Origin: Octopus sinensis
Taxonomy: Eukaryota
DNA: 64,000 nucleotides
Direction of reading: 5' to 3'
Assembly (NCBI RefSeq): GCF_006345805.1
Contig: NC_043009.1
Coordinates: 51,150,001-51,214,000, forward strand
Below, in pieces: positions 24,701 through 38,982 of the stretch (the first letter of the stretch is position 1; every line of letters starts with the position of its first letter). The position numbers and the translations under genes are program-made. The notes under the pieces were generated by a model. That model had not been told where the DNA came from, searched no databases, and was given only the letters and a program-made list of their open reading frames with translations.

Positions 24701-27700
24701 TGTTCAAATCGAACCAAACCAGATAAAACCGGTTCCAACTGCTTCAAACCGGATCAAACCGTGTCAAAACTGATCAAACTTGTTCAAATCGAACTAAACC
24801 GGGTCAAACCGGTTCAGACCAGTTCAAGCCGGATCAAACCGATTCAAAACTGATCAAATTTGTTCAAATCGTATCAAACCAATTCAAACCGGTTCAAACC
24901 GGTTCGAACAGGTTCAAACCGGTTCAAAACTGATCAAACTTGCTCCGATGTGATCAAATCGGGTGAAACCGGTTCAGACCGGTTCAAACCGGATCAAACC
25001 GGTTCAAAACTGATCAAACTTGTTCAACTCAAACGAAACCGGATCAAACCGGTTCAAACCGGCTTAAACGGGATCAAATCTGTTCAAAATTGATCAAACT
25101 TGTTCAAATCGCACCAATCCGGTTCATAACCGGTTCAAACTGGTTCAAACCGAATCAAACCGGTTCAAAACTGATCAAACTTGTTCAGATGGGCTCCAAC
25201 CGGGTCAAACCGGTTCAGACCGGTTCAAACCGGATCAAACCGGTTCAAAACTGATCAAACTTGTTCAAATCAAACGATACCGGATCAAACCGGTTCAATC
25301 CGGTTCAAACCGTATCAAACCGGTTCAAAGTTGATCAAACTTGTTCAAATCGAAACAATCCGGATCAAACCGGTTCAAAACTGATCAAACTTTTTCAAAT
25401 CGTATCAAACAAGTTCAAACCGGATCAAAGAGGTTCAAACCGGTTCAAAACTGATCAATCTTGCTCTGGTGCGATGAAACCGGGTGAAACCGGTTCAGAC
25501 CGGTTCAGACCGGTTCATAACGGTTCCAACCGGTTCAAAACTGATCAAACTTGTTCAAATCGCACCAAACCAGATCAAACCGGTTCAAACCGGATCAAAC
25601 CAGCTCAAAACTGATCGAACTTGTTCAAATCGGATCAAGCCGGATCAAACCGGTTCAGACCGGCTCAAATCGGATCAAACCGGTTCAAAACTGATCAAAC
25701 TTGTTCAAATCGTATCAAACCAGTTCAAACCGGATCAAACCAATTCGAACAGGTTCAAACTGGTTCAAAACTGATCAAACATCTTCAAATCAGATCAATC
25801 CGGTTCAAACTGGTCCAGACCGGATCAAACCGGATCAAACCGGTTCAAAACTGATCAAACTTGTTCAAATCAAATCAAACCAGATCAAACCGGTTCAAAC
25901 CGGTTCAAAACTGATCAAACTTGTTCAAATCGAACCAAACCGGATCAAACCGTTTCAAACCGGTTCAAACCAGATCAAACCGGATCAAAACTGGTCAAAC
26001 TTGTTCAAATCGAACCAAACCAGATCAAACCGGTTCAAACCGGATCAAACCGGTTCAAAACTGATCAAACTTGTTCAAATCGAACCAAACCGGATCAAAC
26101 CGGTTCAAACCGATTCAAACCGGATCAAACCGGATCAAAACTGCTCAAACTTGTTCAAATCGAACCAAACCAGATCAAACCGGTTCAAACCGGATCAAAC
26201 CGGTTCAAAACTGATCAAACTTGTTCAAATCGAACCAGAGCGGATCAAAGCGGTTCAGACCGGTTCAAACCGGATCAAACCGGTTCAAAACTGATCAAAC
26301 TTGTTCAAAACTGATCAAACTTGTTCAAATCGTATCAAACCAGTTCAAGCCGAATCAAACCGGTTCGAAAAGGTTCAAACCGGTTCAAAACTGATCAAAC
26401 TTGTTCAGATGGTTTCAAACCGAGTCAAACCGGTTCAGACCGGATCAAACCGGATCAAACCGGTTCAAAACTGATCAAACTTGTTCAAAACTGATCAAAC
26501 TTGTTCAAATCGAACCAAACCATATCAAACCGGTTCAGACCGATTCAAACCGGATCAAACCGGTTCAAAACTGATCAAACTTGTTCAAATCGAACGAAAC
26601 CGGTTCAAACCATTTCAAACCGGCTCAAACCGGATCAAACCGGATAAAAACTGGTCAAACTTGTTCAAATCGAACCAAACCAGATCAAACAGGTTCAAAC
26701 CGGATCAACCCGGTTCAAAACTGATCAAACTTGTTCAAATCGAGCCAAACCGGGTCAAACCGGTTCAGACCGGTTGTAACCGGATCAAACCGGTTCAAAA
26801 CTGATCAAACTTGTTCAAATCGAACCAAACCAGATCAAACCGGTTCAAACCGGACCAAACCGGTTCAAAACTGATCAAACTTGTTCAAATCGAACCAAGC
26901 CAGATCAAACCGGTTCAAACCGATCCGGACCGGATCAAACCGGATCAAAACTGGTCAAACTTGTTCAAATCGAACCAAACCAGATCAAACCGGTTCAAAC
27001 CGGATCAAACCGGTTCAAAACTGATCAAACTTGTTGAAATCGAACCAAGGCGGATCAAACCGGTTCAGACCGGTTCAAACCGGATCAAACCGGTTCATTA
27101 CTGATCAAACTTTTTCAAAACTGATCAAACTTGTTCAAATCGTATCAAACCAGTTCAAGCCGAATCAAACCGGTTCGAACAGTTTCAAACCGGTTCAAAA
27201 CTGATCAAACTTTTTCAGAAGGTATCAAACCGAGTCAAACCGGTTCAGACCGGTTCAAACCGGATGAAACCAGTTCAAAACTGGTCAAACTTGTTCAAAT
27301 CGAACCAAACCATATCAAACCGGTTCAGACCGATTCAAACCGGATCAAACCGGTTCAAACCGGCTTAAACTGGATCAAATCTGTTCAAAATTGATCAAAC
27401 TTGTTCAAATCGCACCAATCCGGTTCATAACCGGTTCAAACCGATTCAAACCGAATCAAACCGGTTCAAAACTGATCAAACTTGTTCAGATGGGCTCCAA
27501 TCGGGTCAAACCGGTTCAGACCGGTTCAAAACTGAACAAACTTGTTCAAATCAAACGATACCGGATCAAACCGGTTCAATCCGGTTCAAACCGTATCAAA
27601 CCGGTTCAAAGTTGATCAAACTTGTTCAAATCGAACCAATCCGGATCAAACCGGTTCAAAACTGACCAAACTTTTTCAAATCGTATCAAACAAGTTCAAA

Positions 27701-30700
27701 CCGGATCAAAGACGTTCAAACCGGTTCAAAACTGATCAATCTTGTTCTGGTGGGATGAAACCGGGTCAAACCGGTTCAGACCGGTTCAGACCGGTTCATA
27801 ACGGTTCCAACCGGTTCAAAACTGATCAAACTTGTTCAAATCGCACTAAACCAGATCAAACCGGTTCAAACCGGATCAAACCGGCTCAAAACTGATCGAC
27901 CTTCTTCAAATCGGATCAAACCGGATCAAACCGGTTCAGACCGGCTCAACCCGGATGAAACCGGTTCAAAACTGATCAAACTTGCTCAAATCATATCAAA
28001 CCAGTTCAAACCGGATCAAACCCATTCGAACAGGTTCAAACTGGTTCAAAACTGATCAAACATGTTCAAATCAGATCAAACCGGTTCAAACCGGTCCAGA
28101 CCGGTTCAAACCGGTTCAAACCGGTTCAAAACTGATCAAACTTGTTCAAATCAAAGCAAACCAGATCAAACCGGTTCAAACCGGTTCAAAACTGATCAAA
28201 CTTGTTCAAATGGAACCAAACCGGATCAAACCGTTTCAAACCGGTTCAAACCAGATCAAACCGGATCAAAACTGGTCAAACTTGTCCAAATCGAACCAAA
28301 CCAGATCAAACCGGTTCAAACTGGATCAAACCGGTTCAAAACTGATCAAACTTGTTCAAATGGAACCAAACAGGATCAAACCGGTTGAAACCGATTCAAA
28401 CCGGATCAAACCGGATCAAAACTGATCAAACTGGCTCAAATCGAACCAAAGCGGATCGAACCGGTTCAGACCGGTTCAAACCGGATCAAACCGGTTCAAA
28501 ACTGATCAAACTTGTTCAAATCGTATCAAACCAGTTCAAGCCGAATCAAACCGCTTCGAAAAGGTTCAAACCGGTTCAAAACTGATCAAACTTGTTCAGA
28601 TGATATCAAACCGAGTCAAACCGGTTCAGACCGGTTCAAACCGGATCAAACCGGTTCAAAACTGATCAAACTTGTTCAAATCGAACGAAACCATATCAAA
28701 CCGGTTCAGACCGATTCAAACCGGATCAAACCGGTTCAAAACTGATCAAACTTGTTCAAATCGAACGAAACCGGTTCAAACAATTTCAAACCGGTTCAAA
28801 CCGGATCAAACCGGATAAAAACTGGTCAAACTTGTTCAAATGGAACCAAACCAGATCAAACTGGTTCAAACCGGATCAACCCGGTTCAAAACTGATCAAA
28901 CTTGTTCAAATCGAGCCAAACCGGGTCAAACCGGTTCAGACCGGTTGTAACCGGATCAAACCGGTTCAAAACTGATCAAACTTGGTCAAATCGAACCAAA
29001 CCAGATCAAACCGGTTCAAACCGGATCAAACCGGTTCAAAACTGATCAAACTTGTTCAAATCGAACCAAGCCGGGTCAAACCGGTTGAAACCGTTTCAAA
29101 CCGGATCAAACCGGATCAAAATTGGTCAAACTTGTTCAAATCGAACCAAACCGGATCAAACCGGTTCAAACCGGATGAAACCGGTTCAAAACTGATCAAA
29201 CTTGTTCAAATCGAACCAAGGCGGATCAAACCGGTTCATAACTGATGAAACTTGTTCAAAATTGATCAAACTTGTTCAAATCGTATCAAACCAGTTCAAG
29301 CCGAATCAAACCGGTTCGAACAGATTCAAACCGGTTCAAAACTGATCAAACTTTTTCAGATGGTATCAAACCGAGTCAAAGCGGTTCAGACCGGTTCAAA
29401 CCGGATGAAACCAGTTCAAAACTGGTCAAACTTGTTCAAATCGAACCAAACCATATCAAACCGGTTCAGACCGATTCAAACCGGATCAAACCGGTTCAAA
29501 ACTGATCAAACTTGTTCAAATCAAAGCAAACTAGATCAAACCGGTTCAAACCGGTTCAAAACTGATCAAACTTGTTCAAATCGAACCAAAGCGGATCAAA
29601 CCGGTTCAAACCGATCCAAACCGGATCAAACCGGATCAAAACTGGTCAAACTTGTTCAAATCGAACCAAACCAGATTAAACCGGTTCAAACCGGATCAAA
29701 CCGGTTGAAAACTGATCAAACTTGTTCAAATCGAACCTAAGCGGATCAAACCGGTTAAGACCGGCTCAAACCGGATCAAACCGTTTCAAAACTGATCAAA
29801 CTTGTTCAAAACTGATCAAACTTGTTCAAATCGTATCAAACCAGTTCAAGCCGAATTAAACCGGTTCGAACAGCTTCAAACCGGTTCAAAACTGATCAAA
29901 CTTGTTCAGATGTGATAAAACCGGGTTAAACCGGTTCAGACCAGTTCAAACCGGTTCAAACCGGTTGAAAACTGATCAAACTTGTTCGAAACTGATCAAA
30001 CTTGTTCAAATCGTATCAAACCAGTTCAAACCGAATCAAACCGGTTCGAACAGGTTCAAACCGGTTCAAAACTGATCAAACTTGTTCAGATGGTATCAAA
30101 CCGAGTCAAACCGGTTCAGACCGGTTCAAACCGGATGAAACCGGTTCAAAACTGATCAAACTTGTTCAAATCGAACCAAACCATATCAAACCGGTTCAGA
30201 CCGAATCAAACCGGATCAAACCGGTTCAAAACTGATCAAACTTGTTCAAATCGTACCAATCCGGATCAAACCGTTTCAAACCGGTTCAAACTTGATCAAA
30301 CCGGATCAAAACTGGTCAAACTTGTTCAAATCGAACCAAACCAGATCAAACCGGTTCAAACCGGATCAAACCGGATGAAAACTGATCAAACTTGTTCAAA
30401 TCGAGCCAAACTGGATCAAACCGGTTCAAACCGATACAAACCGGATCAAACCGGATTAAAACTGGTCAAACTTGTTCAAATCGAACCAAACCAGATCAAA
30501 CCGGTTCAAACCGGATCAAACCGGTTCACAACTGATCAAACTTGTTCAAATCGAACCAAGCCGGATCAAACCGGTTCAAACCGATTCAAACCGGATCAAA
30601 CCGGATCAAAACTGGTCAAACTTGTTCAAATGGAACCAAACCAGATCAAACCGGTTCAAACCGGATCAACCCGGTTCAAAACTGATCAAACTTGTTCAAA

Positions 30701-31222
30701 TCGAGCCAAACCGGGTCAAACCGGTTGAGACCGGTTCAAACCGGATCAAACCGGTTCAAAACTGATCAAACTTGGTCAAATCGAACCAAACCGGTTCAAA
30801 CCGTTTCAAACCGGATCAAAATTGGTCAAACTTGTTCAAATCGAACCAAACCAGATCAAACCGGTTCAAACCGGATCAAACCGGTTCAAAACTGATCAAA
30901 CTTGTTCAAATCGAACCAAGGCGGATCAAACCGGTTCAGACCGGTTCAAACCGGATCAAACCGGTTCATAACTGATGAAACTTGTTCAAAATTGATCAAA
31001 CTTGTTCAAATCGTATCAAACCAGTTCAAGCCGAATCAAACCGGTTCGAACAGGTTCAAACCGGTTCAAAACTGATCAAACTTTTTCAGATGGTATCAAA
31101 CCGTGTCAAACCAGTTCAGACCGGTACAAACCGGATGAAACCAGTTCAAAACTGGTCAAACTTGTTCAAATCGAACCAAACCATATCAAACCGGTTCAGA
31201 CCGATTCAAACCGGATCAAACC

Positions 31223-32001
31223 GGTTTGATCCGGTTTGGTTCGATTTGAACAAGTTTGATCAGTTTTGTACCGGTTTGATCCGTTTGAACCGGTTTGATC
31301 TGGTTTGGTTCGATTTGAACAAGTTTGACCAGTTTTGATCCGGTTTGATCTGGTTTGAACCGGTTTGAAACGGTTTGATCCGGTTTGGTTCGATTTGAAC
31401 AAGTTTGATCAGTTTTGAACCGGTTTGATCCGGTTTGAATCGGTCTGAACCGGTTTGATATGGTTGGTTCGATTTGAACAAGTTTGATCAGTTTTGAACC
31501 GGTTTCATTCCGGTCGGAACCGGTCTGAACCGTTTTTGACTCGGTTTGATACCATCTGAACAATTTTGATCAGTTTTGAACCGGTTTGAACTTGTTCGAA
31601 CCGGTTTGATTCGGCTTGAACTGGTTTGAATACGATTTGAACAAGTTTGATCAGTTTTGAACAAGTTTGATCAGTTTTGAACCGGTTTGATACGGTTTGA
31701 CCCGGTCTGAACCGGTTTGATATGGTTTGGTTAGATTTGAACAAGTTTGATCAGTTTCGAACCGTTTGATCCGGTTTGAAACCGGTTGATATGGTTTGGT
31801 TCGATTTGAACAAGTTGAGTCAGTTTCGAACCGGTTGATCCGGTTTGAACCGGTTTGATCTGGTTTGTTGGTTCGATTTGAACAAGTTTGACCAGTTTTG
31901 ATCCGTTTTGATCCGGTGAATCGGTTTGAACCGGTTTGATCCGGCTTGGTTCGATTTGAACAAGTTTGATCAGTTTTGAACCGTTTGATCCGGTTTGAAC
32001 C
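31223..32001 (-). repeat. Inverted satellite segment 1
   Basis: Strand polarity flips (tcaaa to tttga) at the centre of atcaaaccggtttgat and flips back at tttgaaccggatcaaa. Confidence 0.95.
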
Positions 32002-35000
32002 GGATCAAATCTGATCAAACTTGTTCAATCGAACCAAACCGGATCAAACCGTTCAGACCGATTCAACCGGATCAAACCGGTTCAAACCTGATCAAACATG
32101 TTCAAATCGAACCAAACCGATCAAACCGGTTCTAACCGGATCAAACCGGTTCAACCGGATCAAACCGGTTCAAAACTGATCAAACTTGTTCAAATCGAAC
32201 CAAACCGGATCAAAACCGTTTCAAACCGGATCAAACCGGTTCAAACCGGATCAAACCGGTTCAAAACTGATCAAACTTGTTCAAATCGATCCAAACCGGA
32301 TCAACCGGTTCAAACCGATACAACCGGATCAAACCGGATCAAAACTGGTCAAACTTGTTCAAATCGAACCAAACCAGATCAACCGGTTGAAACCGATCAA
32401 AACCGTTCAAAAACTGATCAAACTTGTTCAAATCGAACAAGCCGGATCAAACCGGTTCAAACCGATTCAAACCGGATCAAACCGGATCAAAACTGGTCAA
32501 ACTTGTTCCAAATCGAACCAAACCAGATCAAACCGGTTCAAACCGGATCAAACCGGTTCGAAACTGATCAAACTTGTTCAAATCGAACCAAACATATCAA
32601 ACCGGTTCAAACCGGATCAAACCGGTTCGAAACTGATCAAACTTGTTCAAATCGAACCAAACCATATCAAACCGGTTCAGACCGATTCAAACCGGGTCAA
32701 ACCGGTTCAAAACTGATCAAACTTGTTCAAATCGAACGAAACCGGATCAAACCGTTTCAAACCGGTTCATACCGGATCAAACCGGATCAAAACTGGTCAA
32801 ACTGTTCAAATCGAACGAAACCGGGTCAAACCGTTTCAAACCGGATCAACCGGTTCAAACCGGATCAAACCGGTTCAAAACTTGTCAAACATGTTCAAAT
32901 CGAACCAACCAGATCAAACCGGTTCAAACCGGATCAAACGGTACAAAACTGATCAAACTTTTTCAAATCGAACCAAAGCGGATCAAACCGGTTCAAACCG
33001 ATTCAAACCGGATCAGACCGGATCAAAACTGGTCAAACTTGTTCAAATCGAACCAAACCAGATCAAACCGGTTCAAACCGGATCAAACCGGTACAAAACT
33101 GATCAAACTTGTTCGAATCGAACCAAAGCGGATCAAACCGGTTCAGACCGGTTCAAACCGGATCAAACCGGTTCAAAACTGATCAAACTTGTTCAAAACT
33201 GATCAAACTTGTTCAAATCGTATCAAACCAGTTCAAGCCGAATCAAACTGGTTCGAACAGGTTCAAACCGGTTCAAAACTGATCAAACTTGTTCAGATGG
33301 TATCAAACCGAGTCAAACCGGTTCAGACCGGTTCAAACCGGATGAAACCGGTTCAAAACTGATCAAACTTTTTCAAATCGAACCAAACCATATCAAACGG
33401 TTCAGGACCGATTCAAACCGGATCAAACCGGTTCAAAACTGATCAAACTGTTCAAATCGAACCAAACCGGATCAAACCGTTCAAATCGGATCAAACCGGT
33501 TCAAAACTGATCAAACTTGTTCAAATCGAACCAAACCGGATCAAACCGTTTCAAACCGGATCAAACCGGATCAAACGGATCAAAACTGGTCAAACTTGTT
33601 CAAATCGAACCAAACAGATCAAACCGGTTCAAACGGATCAAACCGGTTCAAAACTGATCAAACTTGTTCAAATCGAACCAAGCCGGATCAAACCGTTTCA
33701 AACCGATTCAAACCGGATCAAACCGGATCAAAACTGGTCAAACTTGTCAAATCGAACCAAACCTGATCAAACAGGTTCAAACCGGATCAAACCGTTCAAA
33801 CCGGATCAAACCGGATCAAAACTGGTCAAACTTGTTCAAATCGAACCAAACCAGATCAAACCGGTTCAAACCGGATCAAACCGGTTCAAAACTGATCAAA
33901 CTTGTTCAAATCGAACCAAAGCGGATCAAACCGGTTCGGACCGGTTCAAACCGGATCAAACCGGTTCAAAACTGATCAAACTTGTTCAAAACTGATCAAA
34001 CTTGTTCAAATCGTATCAAACCAGTTCAAGCCGAATCAAACCGGTTCGAACAGGTTCAAACCGGTTCAAAACTGATAAAACTTGTTCAGATAGTATCAAA
34101 CCGAGTCAAACCGGTTCAGACCGGTTCAAACCGGATGAAACCGGTTCAAAACTGATCAAACTTGTTCAAATCGAACCAAACCATATCAAACCGGTTCAGA
34201 CCGATTCAAACCGGATCAAACCGGTTCAAAACTGATCAAACTTGTTCAAATCGAACCAAACCGGATCAAACCTGTTCAAACCGGATCAAACCGGTTCAAA
34301 ACTGATCAAACTTGTTCAAATCGAACCAAACCGGATCAAACCGTTTCAAACCGGATCAAACCGGATCAAACCGGATCAAAACTGGTCAAACTTGTTCAAA
34401 TCGAACCAAACCAGATCAAACCGGTTCAATCCGGATCAAACCGGTTCAAAACTGATCAAACTTGTTCAAATCGAACCAAACCATATCAAACCGGTTCAGA
34501 CCGATTCAAACCGGATCTAACCGGTTCAAAACTGATCAAACTTGTTCAAATCGAACCAAACCGGATCAAACCGTTTCAAACCGGTTCAAACCAGATCAAA
34601 CCGGATCAAAACTGGTCAAACTTGTTCAAATCGAACCAAACCAGATCAAACCGGTTCAATCCGGATCAAACCAGTTCAAAACTGGTCAAACTTGTTCAAA
34701 TCGAACCAAACCATATCAAACCGGTTCAGACCGATTCAAACCGGATCAAACCGGTTCAAAACTGATCAAACTTGTTCAAATCAAAGCAAACTAGATCAAA
34801 CCGGTTCAAACCGGTTCAAAACTGATCAAACTTGTTCAAATCGAATCAAACCGGATCAAACCGTTTCAAACCGGTTGAAACCAGATCAAACCGGATCAAA
34901 ACTGGTCAAACTTGTTCAAATCGAACCAAACAAGATCAAACCGGTTCAAAACTGATCAAACTTGTTCAAATCGAACCAAAGCGGATCAAACCGGTTCAAA

Positions 35001-37992
35001 CCGATCCAAACCGGATCAAACCGGATCAAAACTGGTCAAACTTGTTCAAATCGAACCAAACCAGATTAAACCGGTTCAAACCGGATCAAACCGGTTGAAA
35101 ACTGATCAAACTTGTTCAAATCGAACCTAAGCGGATCAAACCGGTTAAGACCGCTCAACCGGATCAAACCGTTTCAAAACTGATCAAACTTGTTCAAAAC
35201 TGATCAAACTTGTTCAAATCGTATCAAACCAGTTCAAGCCGAATTAAACCGGTTCGAACAGCTTCAAACCGTTTTCAAAACTGATCAAACTTGTTCAGAT
35301 GTGATAAAACCGGGTTAAAATTTAAACCGGTTCAGGCCGGTTTAAACCCGGATCAAACCGGTTGAAAACTGATCAAACTTGTTCAAAACTGATCAAACTT
35401 GTTCAAATCGTATCAAACCAGTTCAAACCGAATCAAACCGGTTCGAACAGGTTCAAACCGGTTCAAAACTGATCAAACTTGTTCAGATGGTATCAAACCG
35501 AGTCAAACCGGTTCAGACCGGTTCAAACCGGATGAAACCGGTTCAAAACTGATCAAACTTGTTCAAATCGAACCAAACCATATCAAACCGGTTCAGACCG
35601 ATTCAAACCGGATCAAACCGGTTCAAAACTGATCAAACTTGTTCAAATCGAACCAAACCGGATCAAACCGTTTCAAACCGGTTCAAACCGGATCAAACCG
35701 GATCAAAACTGGTCAGACTTGTTCAAATCGAACCAAACCAGATCAAACCGGTTCAAACCGGATCAAACCGGATGAAAACTGATCAAACTTGTTCAAATCG
35801 AGCCAAACTGGATCAAACCGGTTCAAACCGATACAAACCGGATCAAACCGGATTAAAACTGGTCAAACTTGTTCAAATCGAACCAAACCAGATCAAACCG
35901 GTTCAAACCGGATCAAACCGGTTCAAAACTGATCAAACTTGTTCAAATCGAACCAAGCCGGATCAAACCGGTTCAAACCGATTCAAACCGGATCAAACCG
36001 GATCAAAACTGGTCAAACTTGTTCAAATGGAACCAAACCAGATCAAACCGGTTCAAACCGGATCAACCCGGTTCAAAACTGATCAAACTTGTTCAAATCG
36101 AGCCAAACCGGGTCAAACCGGTTCAGACCGGTTGTAACCGGATCAAACCGGTTCAAAACTGATCAAACTTGGTCAAATCGAACCAAACCGGTTCAAACCG
36201 TTTCAAACCGGATCAAACCGGATCAAAATTGGTCAAACTTGTTCAAATCGAACCAAACCAGATCAAACCGGTTCAAACCGGATCAAACCGGTTCAAAACT
36301 GATCAAACTTGTTCAAATCGAACCAAGGCGGATCAAACCGGTTCAGACCGGTTCAAACCGGATCAAACCGGTTCATAACTGATGAAACTTGTTCAAAATT
36401 GATCAAACTTGTTCAAATCGTATCAAACCAGTTCAAGCCGAATCAAACCGGTTCGAACAGGTTCAAACCGGTTCAAAACTGATCAAACTTATTCAGATGG
36501 TATCAAACCGTGTCAAACCGGTTCAGACCGGTACAAACCGGATGAAACCAGTTCAAAACTGGTCAAACTTGTTCAAATCGAACCAAACCATATCAAACCG
36601 GTTCAGACCGTTTCAAACCGGATCAAACCGGTTCAAAACTGATCAAACTTGTTCAAATCAAAGCAAACTAGATCAAACCGGTTCAAACCGGTTCAAAACT
36701 GATCATACTTGTTCAAATCGAATCAAACCGGATCAAACCGTTTCAAACCGGTTCAAACCAGATCAAACCGGATCAAAACTGGTCAGACTTGTTCAAATCG
36801 AACCAAACCAGATCAAACCGGTTCAAACCGGATCAAACCGGATGAAAACTGATCAAACTTGTTCAAATCGAGCCAAACTTGATCAAACCGGTTCAACCGA
36901 TACAAACCGGATCAAACCGGATTAAAACTGGTCAAACTTGTTCAAATCGAACCAAACCAGATCAAACCGGTTCAAACCGGATCAAACCGGTTCAAAACTG
37001 ATCAAACTTGTTCAAATCGAACCAAGCCGGATCAAACCGGTTCAAACCGATTCAAACCGGATCAAACCGGATCAAAACTGGTCAAACTTGTTCAAATGGA
37101 ACCAAACCAGATCAAACCGGTTCAAACCGGATCAACCCGGTTCAAAACTGATCAAAGCGGATCAAACCGGTTAAGACCGTTTCAAACCGGATCAAACCGG
37201 TTCAAAACTAATCAAACTTGTTCAAATCGAACCAAACCGGATCAAACCGGTTCAAACCGAATCAAACCGGTTCAAAACTGATCAAACTTGTTCAAATCGA
37301 ACCAAACCGAATCAAACCGTTTCAAACCGGATCAAACCGGATCAAAACTGGTCAAACTTGTTCAAATCGAACCAAACCAGATCAAACCGGTTCAGACCGG
37401 ATCAAACCGGTTCAAACCGGATGAAACCGGTTCAAAACTGATCAAACTTGTTCAAATCGAGCCAAACCGGATCAAACCGGTTCAAACCGATACAAACCGG
37501 ATGAAACCGGATCAAAACTGGTCAAACTTGTTCAAATCGAACCAAACCAGATCAAACCGGTTCAAACCGGATCAAACCGGTTCAAAACTGATCAAACTTG
37601 TTCAAATCGAACCAAACCGGATGAAACCGGATCAAACCGGTTCAAACCGGATCAAACCGGATCAAAACTGGTCAAACTTGTTCAAATCGAACCAAACCAG
37701 ATCAAACCGGTTCAAACCGTATCAAACCGGTTCAAAACTGATCAAACTTGTTCAAATCGAACCAAGCCGGATCAAACCGGTTCAAACCGATTCAAACCGG
37801 ATCAAACCGGATCAAAACTGGTCAAACTTGTTCAAATCGAACCAAACCTGATCAAACCGGTTCAGACCGGATCAAACCGGTTCAAAACTGATCAAACTTG
37901 TTCAAATCGAACCAAACCATATCAAACCGGTTCAGACCGATTCAAACCGGATCAAACCGGTTCAAAACTGATCAAACTTGTTCAAATCGAAC

Positions 37993-38982
37993 AGTTTTGA
38001 ACAAGTTTGATCAGTTTTGAACCGGTTTGATCCGGTTTGAACCGGTCCGAACCGGTTTGATCCGCTTTGGTTCGATTTGAACAAGTTTGATCAGTTTTGA
38101 ACCGGTTTGATCCGGTTTGAACCGGTTTGATTTGGTTTGGTTCGATTTGAACAAGTTTGACCAGTTTTGATCCGGTTTGATCTGGTTTGAACCGGTTTGA
38201 AACGGTTTGATCCGGTTTGGTTCGATTTGAACAAGTTTGATCATTTTGTACCGGTTTGATCCGTTTTGAACCGGTTTGATCTGGTTTGGTTCGATTTGAA
38301 CAAGTTTGACCAGTTTTGATCCGGTTTGATCTGGTTTGAACCGGTTTGAAACGGTTTGATCCGGTTTGGTTCGATTTGAACAAGTTTGATCAGTTTTGAA
38401 CCGGTTTGATCCGGTTTGAATCGGTCTGAACCGGTTTGATATGGTTTGGTTCGATTTGAACAAGTTTGATCAGTTTTGAACCGGTTTCATCCGGTCGGAA
38501 CCGGTCTGAACCGGTTTGACTCGGTTTGATACCATCTGAACAAGTTTGATCAGTTTTGAACCGGTTTGAACCTGTTCGAACCGGTTTGATTCGGCTTGAA
38601 CTGGTTTGATACGATTTGAACAAGTTTGATCAGTTTTGAACAAGTTTGATCAGTTTTGAACCGGTTTGATCCGGTTTGAACCGGTCTGAACAAGTTTGAT
38701 ATGGTTTGGTTAGATTTGAACAAGTTTGATCAGTTTCGAACCGGTTTGATCCGGTTTGAACCGGTTTGATATGGTTTGGTTCGATTTGAACAAGTTTGAT
38801 CAGTTTCGAACCGGTTTGATCCGGTTTGAACCGGTTTGATCTGGTTTGGTTCGATTTGAACAAGTTTGACCAGTTTTGATCCGGTTTGATCCGGTTTGAA
38901 TCGGTTTGAACCGGTTTGATCCGGCTTGGTTCGATTTGAACAAGTTTGATCAGTTTTGAACCGGTTTGATCCGGTTTGAACC
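37993..38982 (-). repeat. Inverted satellite segment 2
   Basis: Polarity flips at ttcaaatcgaac|agttttgaac and returns at tttgaaccggatcaaatctgatc. Confidence 0.95.
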
